Positions 27,247 to 36,371 of a stretch of 64,000 nucleotides of DNA are shown here, piece by piece. The stretch covers positions 135,753 through 199,752 of the forward strand of contig CAWHIK010000007.1 of assembly GCA_963829485.1 (NCBI GenBank), in the 5' to 3' direction. Numbering within the stretch: the first letter of the stretch is position 1; each line of letters starts with the position of its first letter. The translations under genes were made by a program, and so were the position numbers. The DNA is from an uncultured Chloroflexia bacterium. Its GTDB lineage: Bacteria > Chloroflexota > Anaerolineae > Anaerolineales > Villigracilaceae. The notes under the pieces are model-generated. The model made no database searches, was not told the DNA's origin, and saw nothing but the letters and a program-made list of their open reading frames with translations.

Positions 27247-27560
27247 GCATTTGGATCGTCATGGTCATCATCGGCGCGCTGACCTTCCTGACACAACTCT
27301 CGTTCATCGCACTGGCCGGCCGCTGGGACGCTCCCCCGCTCTTTAGCAGCGCGCTGCGCTTCGTGCCGGTCGCCATCCTGACCGCCATCGTCGTGCCCGA
27401 ATTGGTTTTGCACGCCGGGTCGCTCGATGTCTCGCTGACCAACGCGCGCTTGCTGGCGGGAGTACTCGCCATCCTCGTCGCTTGGCGGACGAAGAACACG
27501 GTGCTGACCATTGTCATCGGCATGACGGCGTTTTGGGTGCTTCAGATAATAATAAAGTGA
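27237..27560 (+). CDS. azlD: Branched-chain amino acid exporter subunit AzlD
   Basis: About 107-aa, 4-TM protein whose start overlaps the azlC stop (ATGGAAATGA). Confidence 0.8.
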   Translation: MEMSIWIVMVIIGALTFLTQLSFIALAGRWDAPPLFSSALRFVPVAILTAIVVPELVLHAGSLDVSLTNARLLAGVLAILVAWRTKNTVLTIVIGMTAFWVLQIIIK

Positions 27561-27581
27561 CAGTCACCTTCGAGGCGACTG
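27561..27581. terminator. Weak hairpin between convergent genes
   Basis: CAGTCACC-TTCGA-GGCGACTG (7 of 8 bp). Confidence 0.3.
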
Positions 27582-27608
27582 CCACTTTAAATAATCCCTT
27601 TCTTATCG

Positions 27609-28832
27609 CTACGGGCAGGAGACTTTCGGCACCTCTCCGCCTCCGTCGGCAGCGATCCCCTCAGCTTGTTGCGGTAAGCCCGCGACTTTCGCACATTGGT
27701 TGGCAAGCAGCCACCAGTTGGTGATCTTCGTTTCCCCCTCTCGGAGGGTGATTGAAAAACTCCTGGCAAATTCAATCAACACCAGCATCTCGCCAACTTT
27801 CTTTTTATCAGCCTTTTCCCCGGGCTGCGGATTGATACACGTATCACATGTTACCCGCACGCAATCCGTCAGACGTTCCAGCACGGCGTATTGGTCGATT
27901 TTTATATGGGTTTGAAAAGATGCAGACATTTTCGCTATCTTGACTTTGGAAAGCCACCGTTCCAACTCCAAAGCTGTGTTGCTCACCTTGTTGCAGCTCG
28001 TGTCATCCAGATTTTCTATTAAATTCTTGACGTTTCTGTCATAAGATTTACTCAACGTTTTTTCCAACTTGGATACCTTTACAGGCTCAATGTGCACCAG
28101 GGGCGCCAACTCCTGGTCATCCTGGCTGGCAGGATTGACAGGCGGGTGCGCAAGTTGACTTTCGATCTCGCCCTGCAGGACTTGCGCCACTCCGTACAGG
28201 CTGAAATGGGTGACATAGAACTCGGCATAGGTCTTGCCGTCATAAGAGGAGAATGTCGCCGGGTAAAGATGCAGATCGTCACCAGTGCCGTCGGCAGCAA
28301 AGCCAATCAGCGTGGATGGGTCGTAATCGCCGGGAATCTCCATGGTGAGATCAGCGCTTTCCACCAGTTTCGCGCCATCCGGTCCGAGGTGAACTGCTGC
28401 CAGGTATCCCTGGCTGAAGGGCAGTCCTTCGATGGAGGATACAGGTGTCATGGTGATATCAGAGTCATAATCGATGGCAAGGTCTCCGTTTTCATCCTCC
28501 TTAAAAATCATATCGTTCATCAGATACAACTCGAAAATCGCTCCATCCGCCGATTCCGTTTCGACGGACCGGGTATAACTCCCCTTATTATAAGTGGCTG
28601 CATTTTCAGTTTCCAGCGTGGCAGTGACGTTGATCGGATCCGGTGTGAGCGGGAAGACATCCTCATCCACTACGGGACTCTCGAGGCTGGGTACGACGCT
28701 GGGTGAAACTGTCTGCGAAGAATCACCCTTATCCTGTGCAGTGGATTCGGCGGCAGGTGATGCAAAAAGGCCACAGGCTACAATCACCAGCGATGATATG
28801 AGCAAAATTGTTAATACACGGTGGTTCTTCAT
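27609..28832 (-). CDS. Orphan lipoprotein, function unknown
   Basis: Lipobox VACG and a GGAGGAAAA RBS before ATG 28832. Visibly AT-richer than its neighbours, with Cys pairs in the C-terminal third. Confidence 0.65.
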   Translation of the reverse strand: MKNHRVLTILLISSLVIVACGLFASPAAESTAQDKGDSSQTVSPSVVPSLESPVVDEDVFPLTPDPINVTATLETENAATYNKGSYTRSVETESADGAIFELYLMNDMIFKEDENGDLAIDYDSDITMTPVSSIEGLPFSQGYLAAVHLGPDGAKLVESADLTMEIPGDYDPSTLIGFAADGTGDDLHLYPATFSSYDGKTYAEFYVTHFSLYGVAQVLQGEIESQLAHPPVNPASQDDQELAPLVHIEPVKVSKLEKTLSKSYDRNVKNLIENLDDTSCNKVSNTALELERWLSKVKIAKMSASFQTHIKIDQYAVLERLTDCVRVTCDTCINPQPGEKADKKKVGEMLVLIEFARSFSITLREGETKITNWWLLANQCAKVAGLPQQAEGIAADGGGEVPKVSCP

Positions 28833-28923
28833 TTTTCCTCCATAGCGCAACTGATGGGATTATAACGATAGGCTATTATAAGTCCACTTTTAGGATGCTG
28901 TTTATCGAATTTACGCAAAATAA

Positions 28924-28963
28924 CAAAAAAAGTTTCAGTCATTTTGAGGATGACTGAAACTTT
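28924..28963 (-). terminator. Rho-independent terminator of the Vps62-like gene
   Basis: 14-bp perfect stem AAAGTTTCAGTCAT/ATGACTGAAACTTT followed on the minus strand by a T run. Confidence 0.8.
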
Positions 28964-28985
28964 GATAATCAAGTTTTTCACTCGA

Positions 28986-30824
28986 CTACCCCGTCAATTC
29001 CCTCAGCCTCTGCCACATCAGGAACACGCCCAGCGCCACCAGGCCGCCGACCAGGATCCAATCCCAGAAATGAATGAACAGGATAAGCGCGCTGACCAGT
29101 GCCAGCAGCAGCGTGATGCGCGTCATTGTTTCGATGAACGCCCCGCGCAGGATGGACTCGGCCAGCACGAACAGGATCATGATGATCATCAGTCCTGCCC
29201 AGATAAACGAAGGGGCAAAGAAAATCAATGCGGCGATGGCGAACAGCATCAGGCTCAGGCTGATCGCCGCCCAGGTCTCGGCGGCGCGGCCATAACGTAC
29301 ACGCATGGCGCGCACCGGCATAGCCAGATGATGGACATGAGCGCGAGGCTCATCCTGTATGCCAGCCTTCATCCGCCCAAGCCGCTGGGTCAATCCCTGC
29401 TGGAGCGCTCCGTTCTCAAGGCGTTCGCGACGAAGGTTTTTTACTTCTTCCGCCAGCGCATTAATTTTCTTTTCCAGTGCTGCATATTGTTTCGCCAAAT
29501 GCGGATTGCCTTCCATACCTTTCAATTTGATGCCCAGCGCCTGAAGTTCAGCCGCCTTCTTGGGGATCAGATTTTCGAGTTCACTCTGGCGGACAGTGAT
29601 CTCATCGCAATTCTTCTGGAGATATTCCAACGCCTGTGGAGGCGGAGGAATTTTATCCAGACCAGCGAAACCAAGCGGGTCGAACCACGAGCCGCGCGGC
29701 GAACCATCGCGGTTGTACATGGGTCCCGCCGGGGCGTTCTCGCCGGAGATGGGATCGCGCGCGAAAAGCCCCCACAACCCGCGGTACTGGCTCACCCACG
29801 GCGTGGATTCGTCGATCTGTACCGGCGTCCAGGCGTGTTTTTCACCCTGCCCGACCTTCATTCCATCGCCGCGGGCAAAATCGACGAACGGGATACGGAA
29901 CGGATTCCCCGCCGGCTGGTCCAGCACCTCGGTCCAGAACTTGTTCAATGCGCGGTTAATTCCGTTGACCCAGCCCGGCATCGGCAGCGTGACCTCGGCC
30001 TGGTATTCGCCGGGGCGGAAGTAGGAGGCGTGAGAGCCGGCGCCAGCGTAAATGACCGGATGCCCGTCAACAAAATCCAACTCCTCGAGATCGTCCCAGC
30101 GGCGGCGCAGGTCGTCCCCATGGAAGTCGTGCGAGGCGTAGGCTGCCCACTCGGGCACAAGCTGGCCTTCGTCCTCATACAGGTAGATACAGACGTTTTC
30201 CCAATCGGATTCGTGGTCGTTGACGCCGTGGAAGCCGGAGCGCCAGCTGTTGTAGCAGTAGAAATACCAGTACTGCAGCACGGTCCATCCGTTCTGGCGG
30301 ACGACGCGCCCATAATAGACGTATTTTTCATCCTGGTCATGCATGCGATTAAAAGCGAGCTCAGCCGCCGCGGCAGTAGCTGCCGACACTTTTCCACGCA
30401 GCAGGAAGGAGAGGGAGAACATGGCATCTGCCAGGCGAGGCAGGAATCCGCCTCGCGCCAACCTCCCCATGCCAACATGGAAGTAATTACCCAGCTTGCG
30501 CCGCAGCGAAGCCTGCTCGGTCAGAGCTATCGCGGCCTCGGAGAGCGTGAGCGTTTCAATAAAGCGGAGGAAGCGAACCGTGCCAAACACCGCCGGCCGC
30601 TGGTGGACCAGATTCTCGAGGGTCAGCTCACCCTGCTTGACCACGACCTCCTCGCGCCCGTCAGGGTAATGCGCCCACAGGCTGCACTCGCGCACATAAC
30701 GATCCACATCCATGGGGAAGAATTGTTCGCCTTTGGTAAAGCGTACGACCGGCTCGAACTGGCGCAGCAGGTCAAGGTCAGGGGTGCCAACGGGGACAGT
30801 GAAGCGATCAGGAGAGGAGTTCAC
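28986..30824 (-). CDS. Vps62-like (DUF946-type) domain protein with a coiled-coil and a C-terminal 4-TM module
   Basis: 612 aa. FFPMDVD, YWYFYCYNSW, HESDWENVCIYL and GSHASYF resemble the Vps62 family. A heptad-rich segment follows, then four hydrophobic helices. The GTG start overlaps the upstream gene by 17 nt. Confidence 0.7.
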   Translation of the reverse strand: MNSSPDRFTVPVGTPDLDLLRQFEPVVRFTKGEQFFPMDVDRYVRECSLWAHYPDGREEVVVKQGELTLENLVHQRPAVFGTVRFLRFIETLTLSEAAIALTEQASLRRKLGNYFHVGMGRLARGGFLPRLADAMFSLSFLLRGKVSAATAAAAELAFNRMHDQDEKYVYYGRVVRQNGWTVLQYWYFYCYNSWRSGFHGVNDHESDWENVCIYLYEDEGQLVPEWAAYASHDFHGDDLRRRWDDLEELDFVDGHPVIYAGAGSHASYFRPGEYQAEVTLPMPGWVNGINRALNKFWTEVLDQPAGNPFRIPFVDFARGDGMKVGQGEKHAWTPVQIDESTPWVSQYRGLWGLFARDPISGENAPAGPMYNRDGSPRGSWFDPLGFAGLDKIPPPPQALEYLQKNCDEITVRQSELENLIPKKAAELQALGIKLKGMEGNPHLAKQYAALEKKINALAEEVKNLRRERLENGALQQGLTQRLGRMKAGIQDEPRAHVHHLAMPVRAMRVRYGRAAETWAAISLSLMLFAIAALIFFAPSFIWAGLMIIMILFVLAESILRGAFIETMTRITLLLALVSALILFIHFWDWILVGGLVALGVFLMWQRLRELTG

Positions 30825-31269
30825 TGATGTCCGTCCTTATTCCAAAAATGCGTTGCACTTCCGCCTGGCTGAGCGCGAAGGCGATGACCACGTCCGAAGC
30901 CATGATGACGTAATTGGGCTGCCCAAAGTAAAAATAATCCACAAGGCCGACCACCATCGAAATTCCGACCCAGGTCATCAGCATGACCCAGCTCCAGCGT
31001 CGCATGCGCAGGAAACCGATCAGCACGATCACCAGGCCGATGGCGAGCGTAAAATAAAAGATGCTGTCGAGCAACGCCTGACCGGCATCGGTCAATTCCG
31101 TGCCAGTATAAAGCAGTTGACCGACGAAACCACCCTGGAATAATCCCATTTCATAAAGAGGCCTGAACACCTGAAACAGCCGGACGATGAACAGCACGAC
31201 GATGGCACCGCCGATGACGGTCACCGCGATGGGACGCTTCTTCCCTTTTGTCTTTTTCCGTTTAAACAT
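30808..31269 (-). CDS. Small polytopic membrane protein (153 aa), co-transcribed with the Vps62-like gene
   Basis: Basic N-terminus (KRKKTKGKKR) and hydrophobic helices. GGAGG RBS. Confidence 0.65.
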   Translation of the reverse strand: MFKRKKTKGKKRPIAVTVIGGAIVVLFIVRLFQVFRPLYEMGLFQGGFVGQLLYTGTELTDAGQALLDSIFYFTLAIGLVIVLIGFLRMRRWSWVMLMTWVGISMVVGLVDYFYFGQPNYVIMASDVVIAFALSQAEVQRIFGIRTDISELLS

Positions 31270-31304
31270 CTCACGCCTCCACGTTCTGCGGATTTGATAA
31301 ACAA

Positions 31305-31312
31305 ATTATACA
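31305..31312 (-). promoter_or_regulatory. Extended -10 box TGTATAAT
   Basis: Lies 36 nt upstream of ATG 31269 on the minus strand. Confidence 0.4.
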
Positions 31313-31331
31313 GCGGGCGATAAAATATAAA

Positions 31332-32132
31332 TCATTTCCCCAATACCAGTCCGGTCGGGTCGATCTCGTGCAGGACGCGTCGTTCCTCGTCCGTGGGTGG
31401 TGCGGTCACGGTGACATTCGCCGGGACAAGGATCTCAAACTCGCTGTTGGCCTGAACTTCGTCCACTGTGACGCCGGGGTGGAGGCTGAGCAGCATGAGT
31501 CGCTTGGATTCCTCGTCGAAGCCGTACACTCCCAACTGGGTGATCACCCGGTAGGGACCGCCCCCCGCGGGCAAGCCGGCTTCCTCGCGTTTGCCGGGTC
31601 CATCCAAATAACCGGGAGTAGTGAGGAAATCCAGTTTGTTCATAAAGGTGCGTTTGCTCTGCCCGCGCATGATGTACATCGTCCGCCAGCAAAATGAGCC
31701 GATGTCATTGGCGCCGCCCGAGCCGGGCAGTCGCGCTTTGGGCCTGGACCAGTCCCCGATGACGGTGGTATTGATGTTGCCATAGGCGTCCATGGCAGCT
31801 GCGCCGAGGAAGCCGTAGTCGATATAGCCCGCCTGAGCCGCGGACATGACATCGTGCATCGAGGATGCGGCCATCGCACGGTGGTAGGTGCGCGAATCGC
31901 CCACTGAGATGGGCAGCACCGGCACCTGCGGCCCCACCCCGCCAGCCTCGAAGATGATCAACATTTTCGGAGCATTGGTCCTCTGGGCAAGCATCGAGGC
32001 GATCATCGGCAGGCCGGTGCCCACAAAGACCGAGCGGTTGTCCTCCAGCAAGCGGGAGGCCACGCAGCACAGCAATTCCGCCAGAGTATAGCCGGCAGCA
32101 GGAGGAACAGCATCCACTTTGCGCATGGTCAT
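31332..32132 (-). CDS. CoA-transferase subunit B (glutaconate/3-oxoacid CoA-transferase family)
   Basis: 266 aa with family I CoA-transferase beta-subunit motifs (FEAGGVG, LPGSGGANDI). Confidence 0.85.
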   Translation of the reverse strand: MTMRKVDAVPPAAGYTLAELLCCVASRLLEDNRSVFVGTGLPMIASMLAQRTNAPKMLIIFEAGGVGPQVPVLPISVGDSRTYHRAMAASSMHDVMSAAQAGYIDYGFLGAAAMDAYGNINTTVIGDWSRPKARLPGSGGANDIGSFCWRTMYIMRGQSKRTFMNKLDFLTTPGYLDGPGKREEAGLPAGGGPYRVITQLGVYGFDEESKRLMLLSLHPGVTVDEVQANSEFEILVPANVTVTAPPTDEERRVLHEIDPTGLVLGK

Positions 32133-32141
32133 CCCCTCCCT

Positions 32142-33159
32142 TCATCTAGAGTCCGTCAGCGGCGACTGTAGTTGCTCGATCTGTTTAAGCCGCTCGAAGA
32201 GCTTCCTCCCGCCGACCTTTTCAAGATATTCATTGAAGTCTTTCACGCCGAAGACATACTTTTCGAAATACTCCTTCGCGCCGGCCTCTGTCTTCGATTG
32301 CTCCAGCCAGCCGCGGATGTGAGGTTCGTCGAAATAGTAAAGGTAGGGCATCTGGCTGGGATGCGCGCCGAAGGGCACCTCGCACACCGCGTCCACCACG
32401 TAAAAGGGGATGGCCGTCTGGCGCGGGTCGCGGCGGGTCTGTTCCTCGTCGATGACCTGCTCTGCCGTGACGATCACGCGCCGGGCAGCGCGCGCCAGTT
32501 CGAAGTCCTCCACAAGGATGCCGTCGATCTGGGCGTTGCCGTACTTGTCGCAGCGCGGCACATGGAACAGGGCCACGTCCGGGTAGGCCGCCGGCAGCAG
32601 GGTGACAGGCTTTGCCGCTCCACGGGTCGCGCACCTGCTTGGCGGAACTCTTCTCGAAGGTGTCGGTGCCGCCCAGGTTGCGCACGGCGATGAAAGGCAC
32701 GCCCATCATCCCCGCCAGGAAGCGCCACTGGTAGCCGGCGTTGGAAAGCTCGGCGACGACCTTCACCTGCCCGCTCTCGACCGCGCGCCGGCCGGAGGGC
32801 GAGAGTCCGCGCAGCTCGTGGCCGAAGGAGTAGGCGCACTCGACGCGGCTGACGCAGCCCGCGCCGATCAGCAGGTCGATGTCATGTACGGCGGTCTTGC
32901 CGGCGACGGCCAGGTCGCGCCGCCCCTGCCGGATGATCTCGTAGACGAGGCTCATCGGCACGCGGACGTGCCCGAATCCGCCGAACGCGATGTAGTCGCC
33001 GTCATGGACATACTCCGCCACCGCTTGCGCCACGCTCATGCGTTTGTCGATCAAGCCGCGCGGCTTGTGATCGCGGATCCAGGCGCGATTCTCGTCCGGG
33101 TCATGCCAGCCGAGCAGCTCGCCGCTGCCTTCTGCAAGGATTTCCATGGACTTGGTCAT
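32142..33159 (-). pseudogene. CoA-transferase subunit A; frame broken near 32606-32616 as assembled
   Basis: ORF 32230..33162 (N-terminal, ...FEKSSAKQVRDPWSGK) continues as PVTLLPAAYPDVALFHVPRCDKYGNAQIDG in ORF 32142..32576. The break is at a short homopolymer. AAGGAGG RBS before ATG 33159. Confidence 0.8.
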
Positions 33160-33185
33160 CAAGCCTCCTTGGGAATGGTGAATCC

Positions 33186-33226
33186 ATTATACGGCAAGTG
33201 CCTCAGAGCGATTCACTCTGAGGCAC
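33186..33226 (-). promoter_or_regulatory. Palindrome + -10 module, copy 1 (GTGCCTCAGAG-N7-CTCTGAGGCAC then TTGCCGTATAAT)
   Basis: 11-bp arms at 33198-33226 and TATAAT at 33186-33191, 27 nt upstream of ATG 33159. Two further copies lie at 40692-40731 and 43351-43391. Confidence 0.5.
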
Positions 33227-33246
33227 CAGGTTTGTTTCAATCTTGA

Positions 33247-34980
33247 TTATTCGGTCGGGCAGACAGGAGCAAGCGGGACTGAGATCTGCTCCAAAAATTT
33301 CTCATCCCATTTTCTTTCCGCACACTCCGGGAGATCATAGACTCCCGCCATGAATTCGGCCGAGCTCATGACCAACCCAGTTGCATCCGGATCCTTCGAA
33401 ATCAGGACATTGCTGCCTTCCCATTCCGCCGTTTCACCGGGGGCGACGCGAAATCCTCCCATCCAGTCAAAATCTTCGGTGCCTGCGTAAACATCCGCAT
33501 GATATTGATTAATGAGATAAAACACGGAATGATCAGCGTCCGTGTTGGTGATCTCAAGCTTATAATCACACGACCGCGAGCCGAATTCGTCGACGATTTC
33601 CTGACGGGTGATCACACCTTTGACTTGAAGCGCTGAAGTCCCATCACAAACTTGGCGGTCGGCATCCCCTGAATCTTTCTCCTCATCGGGCTCCTGGGTG
33701 TTTCTGATCGCGGCGACGGCAGTGGCCACGGCAGGCTGGCTTTCCATGATTTCATCTGTAAGGTCCCCGGCCAGTTGTTCGGCGGTCTCCTCGTCAAGAT
33801 CGGGCATGGCGCTCATCAGGTCCTGTTGAATCCTGTCAGCGATTTCGCTTTTAATCTCATCAACGGACATGTCGACCAAGGTCCCAAGCGGGTTGACATA
33901 CATGTTATTGACAAATTCCGCCCATTCGGAGGCTTTGTCCGCATACTCAAACCCCTGTTGGATCTCCGGGAATGCCGCGGTCAGGGTTTCCTTGACGATC
34001 TCGAATTCCAACTCGGCCCCGCGCTGGAGCAGCTCTGTGCCAACCCGATGGGTGGTTTCGCCGCCCGGACGGTTCGATTCCTGGAATACGGTCTGATAAA
34101 CACCCTGATAAGGACCTCCGGTGTACAGGTCGCTGCGTATACCGGTAACATCCCCCAACTGACCATCCTGGAGGAGCTGCAGGAATTCATCGTAATTCTG
34201 CGCTCCGCCGCGATTTTTATCATCAAGCCAGTAGAAAGCATCTTCTTTCTCTTCCGGAGTCATGGCTGCGGAAACGAATAGAATTTCCTCCCTGGCTTTC
34301 TCATCTTCCTCATTTTTGAATGTGAAGAATTGCTCCAGTGAATCCCAGATGCCTGAGAGATTCCGCGGCAGCGCAGCGCTGGCCAGCTTTCCATCGCCGC
34401 CCCGGGAATCCGAAGCGGCTTGCTGCATCCGTACTTCCAATGCCTGGGCAGCGGCGCGAACCGCTTCCTTCTGATCTGAGATACTCTGCAAACGGGCATA
34501 AAGCGCGTCCACATCGCTCATTTGTATGATATCGATGGAATCCTTAAACGTGCGCTGAAATCCGTTCGAAGCGGTTTCCAGATAAGTCAGTTGTGCAAGA
34601 TCAACCAATAGCATGAAATTCGCCAGGGTTTTCAATTGAGATGCAATCGCTTCATCAGGCCTGCCTCCACCTCTTACCTGCAGGCGGATGGGGACCGAGT
34701 TGCCACTGCCCTGAGCCGGCTCGACGACTTCACGCCAGCTTCCATAGACCAGCCCTTCCGGGCTGACGGCCTCCATGTAGTATTCACCGGCCGGAAGCCG
34801 GAATCGATCAGATTGGGGATTCCCGACATACAGCGCCAGGGATGGAATCCCTTCATAGTTCATTGCGACAACGATCACAGGACCAACGGGTTTTGGGAGG
34901 CTGCAAGACAACGAGGCTGAAACCAGAACCGACACGCACAGCAATAAACGGACCATGAGCTTGAGCTTTGTCTTCATCAA
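33247..34980 (-). CDS. Orphan lipoprotein (577 aa), function unknown
   Basis: Signal/lipobox SLSCS, an acidic helical central region and a Cys-containing C-terminal domain. No family recognised. Confidence 0.65.
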   Translation of the reverse strand: MMKTKLKLMVRLLLCVSVLVSASLSCSLPKPVGPVIVVAMNYEGIPSLALYVGNPQSDRFRLPAGEYYMEAVSPEGLVYGSWREVVEPAQGSGNSVPIRLQVRGGGRPDEAIASQLKTLANFMLLVDLAQLTYLETASNGFQRTFKDSIDIIQMSDVDALYARLQSISDQKEAVRAAAQALEVRMQQAASDSRGGDGKLASAALPRNLSGIWDSLEQFFTFKNEEDEKAREEILFVSAAMTPEEKEDAFYWLDDKNRGGAQNYDEFLQLLQDGQLGDVTGIRSDLYTGGPYQGVYQTVFQESNRPGGETTHRVGTELLQRGAELEFEIVKETLTAAFPEIQQGFEYADKASEWAEFVNNMYVNPLGTLVDMSVDEIKSEIADRIQQDLMSAMPDLDEETAEQLAGDLTDEIMESQPAVATAVAAIRNTQEPDEEKDSGDADRQVCDGTSALQVKGVITRQEIVDEFGSRSCDYKLEITNTDADHSVFYLINQYHADVYAGTEDFDWMGGFRVAPGETAEWEGSNVLISKDPDATGLVMSSAEFMAGVYDLPECAERKWDEKFLEQISVPLAPVCPTE

Positions 34981-35090
34981 TTCACTTGTCCTTTCGGATC
35001 CATCAGGGAATCCAATGTTGATAAAGATTTACTCGGCTATGTCAATGATCTTTTCCTCATTTGATATCCAGAATCTGGTCAATCCCGGCA

Positions 35091-36359
35091 TTAGTTCTCA
35101 TCCACCTCGCACCAACTAGCTGCAAGGTTGGCAAGCACTTTAGTGCAAGAGAGGACCTGCTCAAATTCCACGTATTCATCCACACAATGCACCATCCCGC
35201 CGCGAGGACCGTAAATTACCGCGGGCGTATTGCCATACAGAACAGGCAGGCGCAGGTCGCAGCCGCCTCCCCCTCCGATGATGGGAGCATGTCCGATCAC
35301 CTGCTCGATCTCGCGCGCAGCCGCCAGCACCAGCGGATGGTCGAGACTCACCTCGGCGCTCTCCAGCCTCAGTCCCCACCATTCCACCTCGATGGGATGC
35401 TCCGCGAACCAGGCATCCTGTAAGCCCAAAGCCGAGAGATAATTTTTGAAACCGTTCTTTATCATTTCGATGTCCTCACCCGGCAGTGCCTCGATGGACC
35501 CTTCCAAGTAACAGGCTGAAGGGATGGTCGAAGCCCACTCCCCGCCGTGAATCTTGCAGATGGCCAGCGGCACCTTGACCTTGTAATAGGGGTCATAAAG
35601 CGGGTGTGAAACGGTCGACTCGCGCCAAAGCGAATAGGCTTCCACAGCCTGGTAGACCTGCAGCGCCTTGCCGATCGGGTTGACCAGGTCGTATCGGCCC
35701 TCGATCGATCCTTCAACACCGGTAATTTTCAAGCGGAAGAATTGCGCGCCGCGCTGGGCAATTCCGAGGGCAAAATCCCCGCTCGGTTCGCTGAACACCA
35801 TACCATCGCCGGTGTAACCGCGCAACACGCATGCCAGCGTCCCATTGCCGCCGTTCTCTTCGTCCACCACCGACTCCAAAACCACATCACCCTTGAGTTT
35901 CACACCGGCTTTCTGCAGGGCCTTGACGACCATCAGGTTGACCACGCAGCCGGCTTTCATGTCGGCGGACCCGCGGCCATATACTTTTCCGTCCTCGAAA
36001 TCGCCGCTCCAGGGCGAGTGAGTCCATTTTGCTTCCTCGCCGGTGGGCACTACATCGACGTGACCGTTGAAGATCAACTTTCTGCCTCCGCCTGTGCCTT
36101 TCCAGGTACCGACGACGTTCGGACGCCCGGTGTAGGGAATCTCACTGGGCACGTAAGCCGGGTGGGATTGAAGCTCCGGGTCCACCGGGTCCCAGATATC
36201 CAACTCCAGGGTCATCTTCTTCATCTCGCTTGCGATGATATCCTGAACGCCCTTTTCCCTGCCCGGCAGGGTCGGAATCCTCACCAGGGTTTGCAGCAGG
36301 GCAAGCGCTTCTGCGCGCAGGCCTTCCACTGCTTGATCGATCCGTTCCCGAGTTGCCAT
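35091..36359 (-). CDS. M20-family metallopeptidase/deacylase (ArgE/DapE-like)
   Basis: HVDVVP, GRGSADMKAG and DEENGGNG metal-ligand motifs. Confidence 0.85.
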   Translation of the reverse strand: MATRERIDQAVEGLRAEALALLQTLVRIPTLPGREKGVQDIIASEMKKMTLELDIWDPVDPELQSHPAYVPSEIPYTGRPNVVGTWKGTGGGRKLIFNGHVDVVPTGEEAKWTHSPWSGDFEDGKVYGRGSADMKAGCVVNLMVVKALQKAGVKLKGDVVLESVVDEENGGNGTLACVLRGYTGDGMVFSEPSGDFALGIAQRGAQFFRLKITGVEGSIEGRYDLVNPIGKALQVYQAVEAYSLWRESTVSHPLYDPYYKVKVPLAICKIHGGEWASTIPSACYLEGSIEALPGEDIEMIKNGFKNYLSALGLQDAWFAEHPIEVEWWGLRLESAEVSLDHPLVLAAAREIEQVIGHAPIIGGGGGCDLRLPVLYGNTPAVIYGPRGGMVHCVDEYVEFEQVLSCTKVLANLAASWCEVDEN

Positions 36360-36371
36360 TTTTCTCTCTCC

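Noticed and set aside
28944-30827. 627-aa ORF antisense to the Vps62-like gene
   Set aside because: The minus-strand ORF has coherent domain structure, an RBS-coupled start and a terminator. The plus-strand translation is Arg/Gln/His-rich noise.
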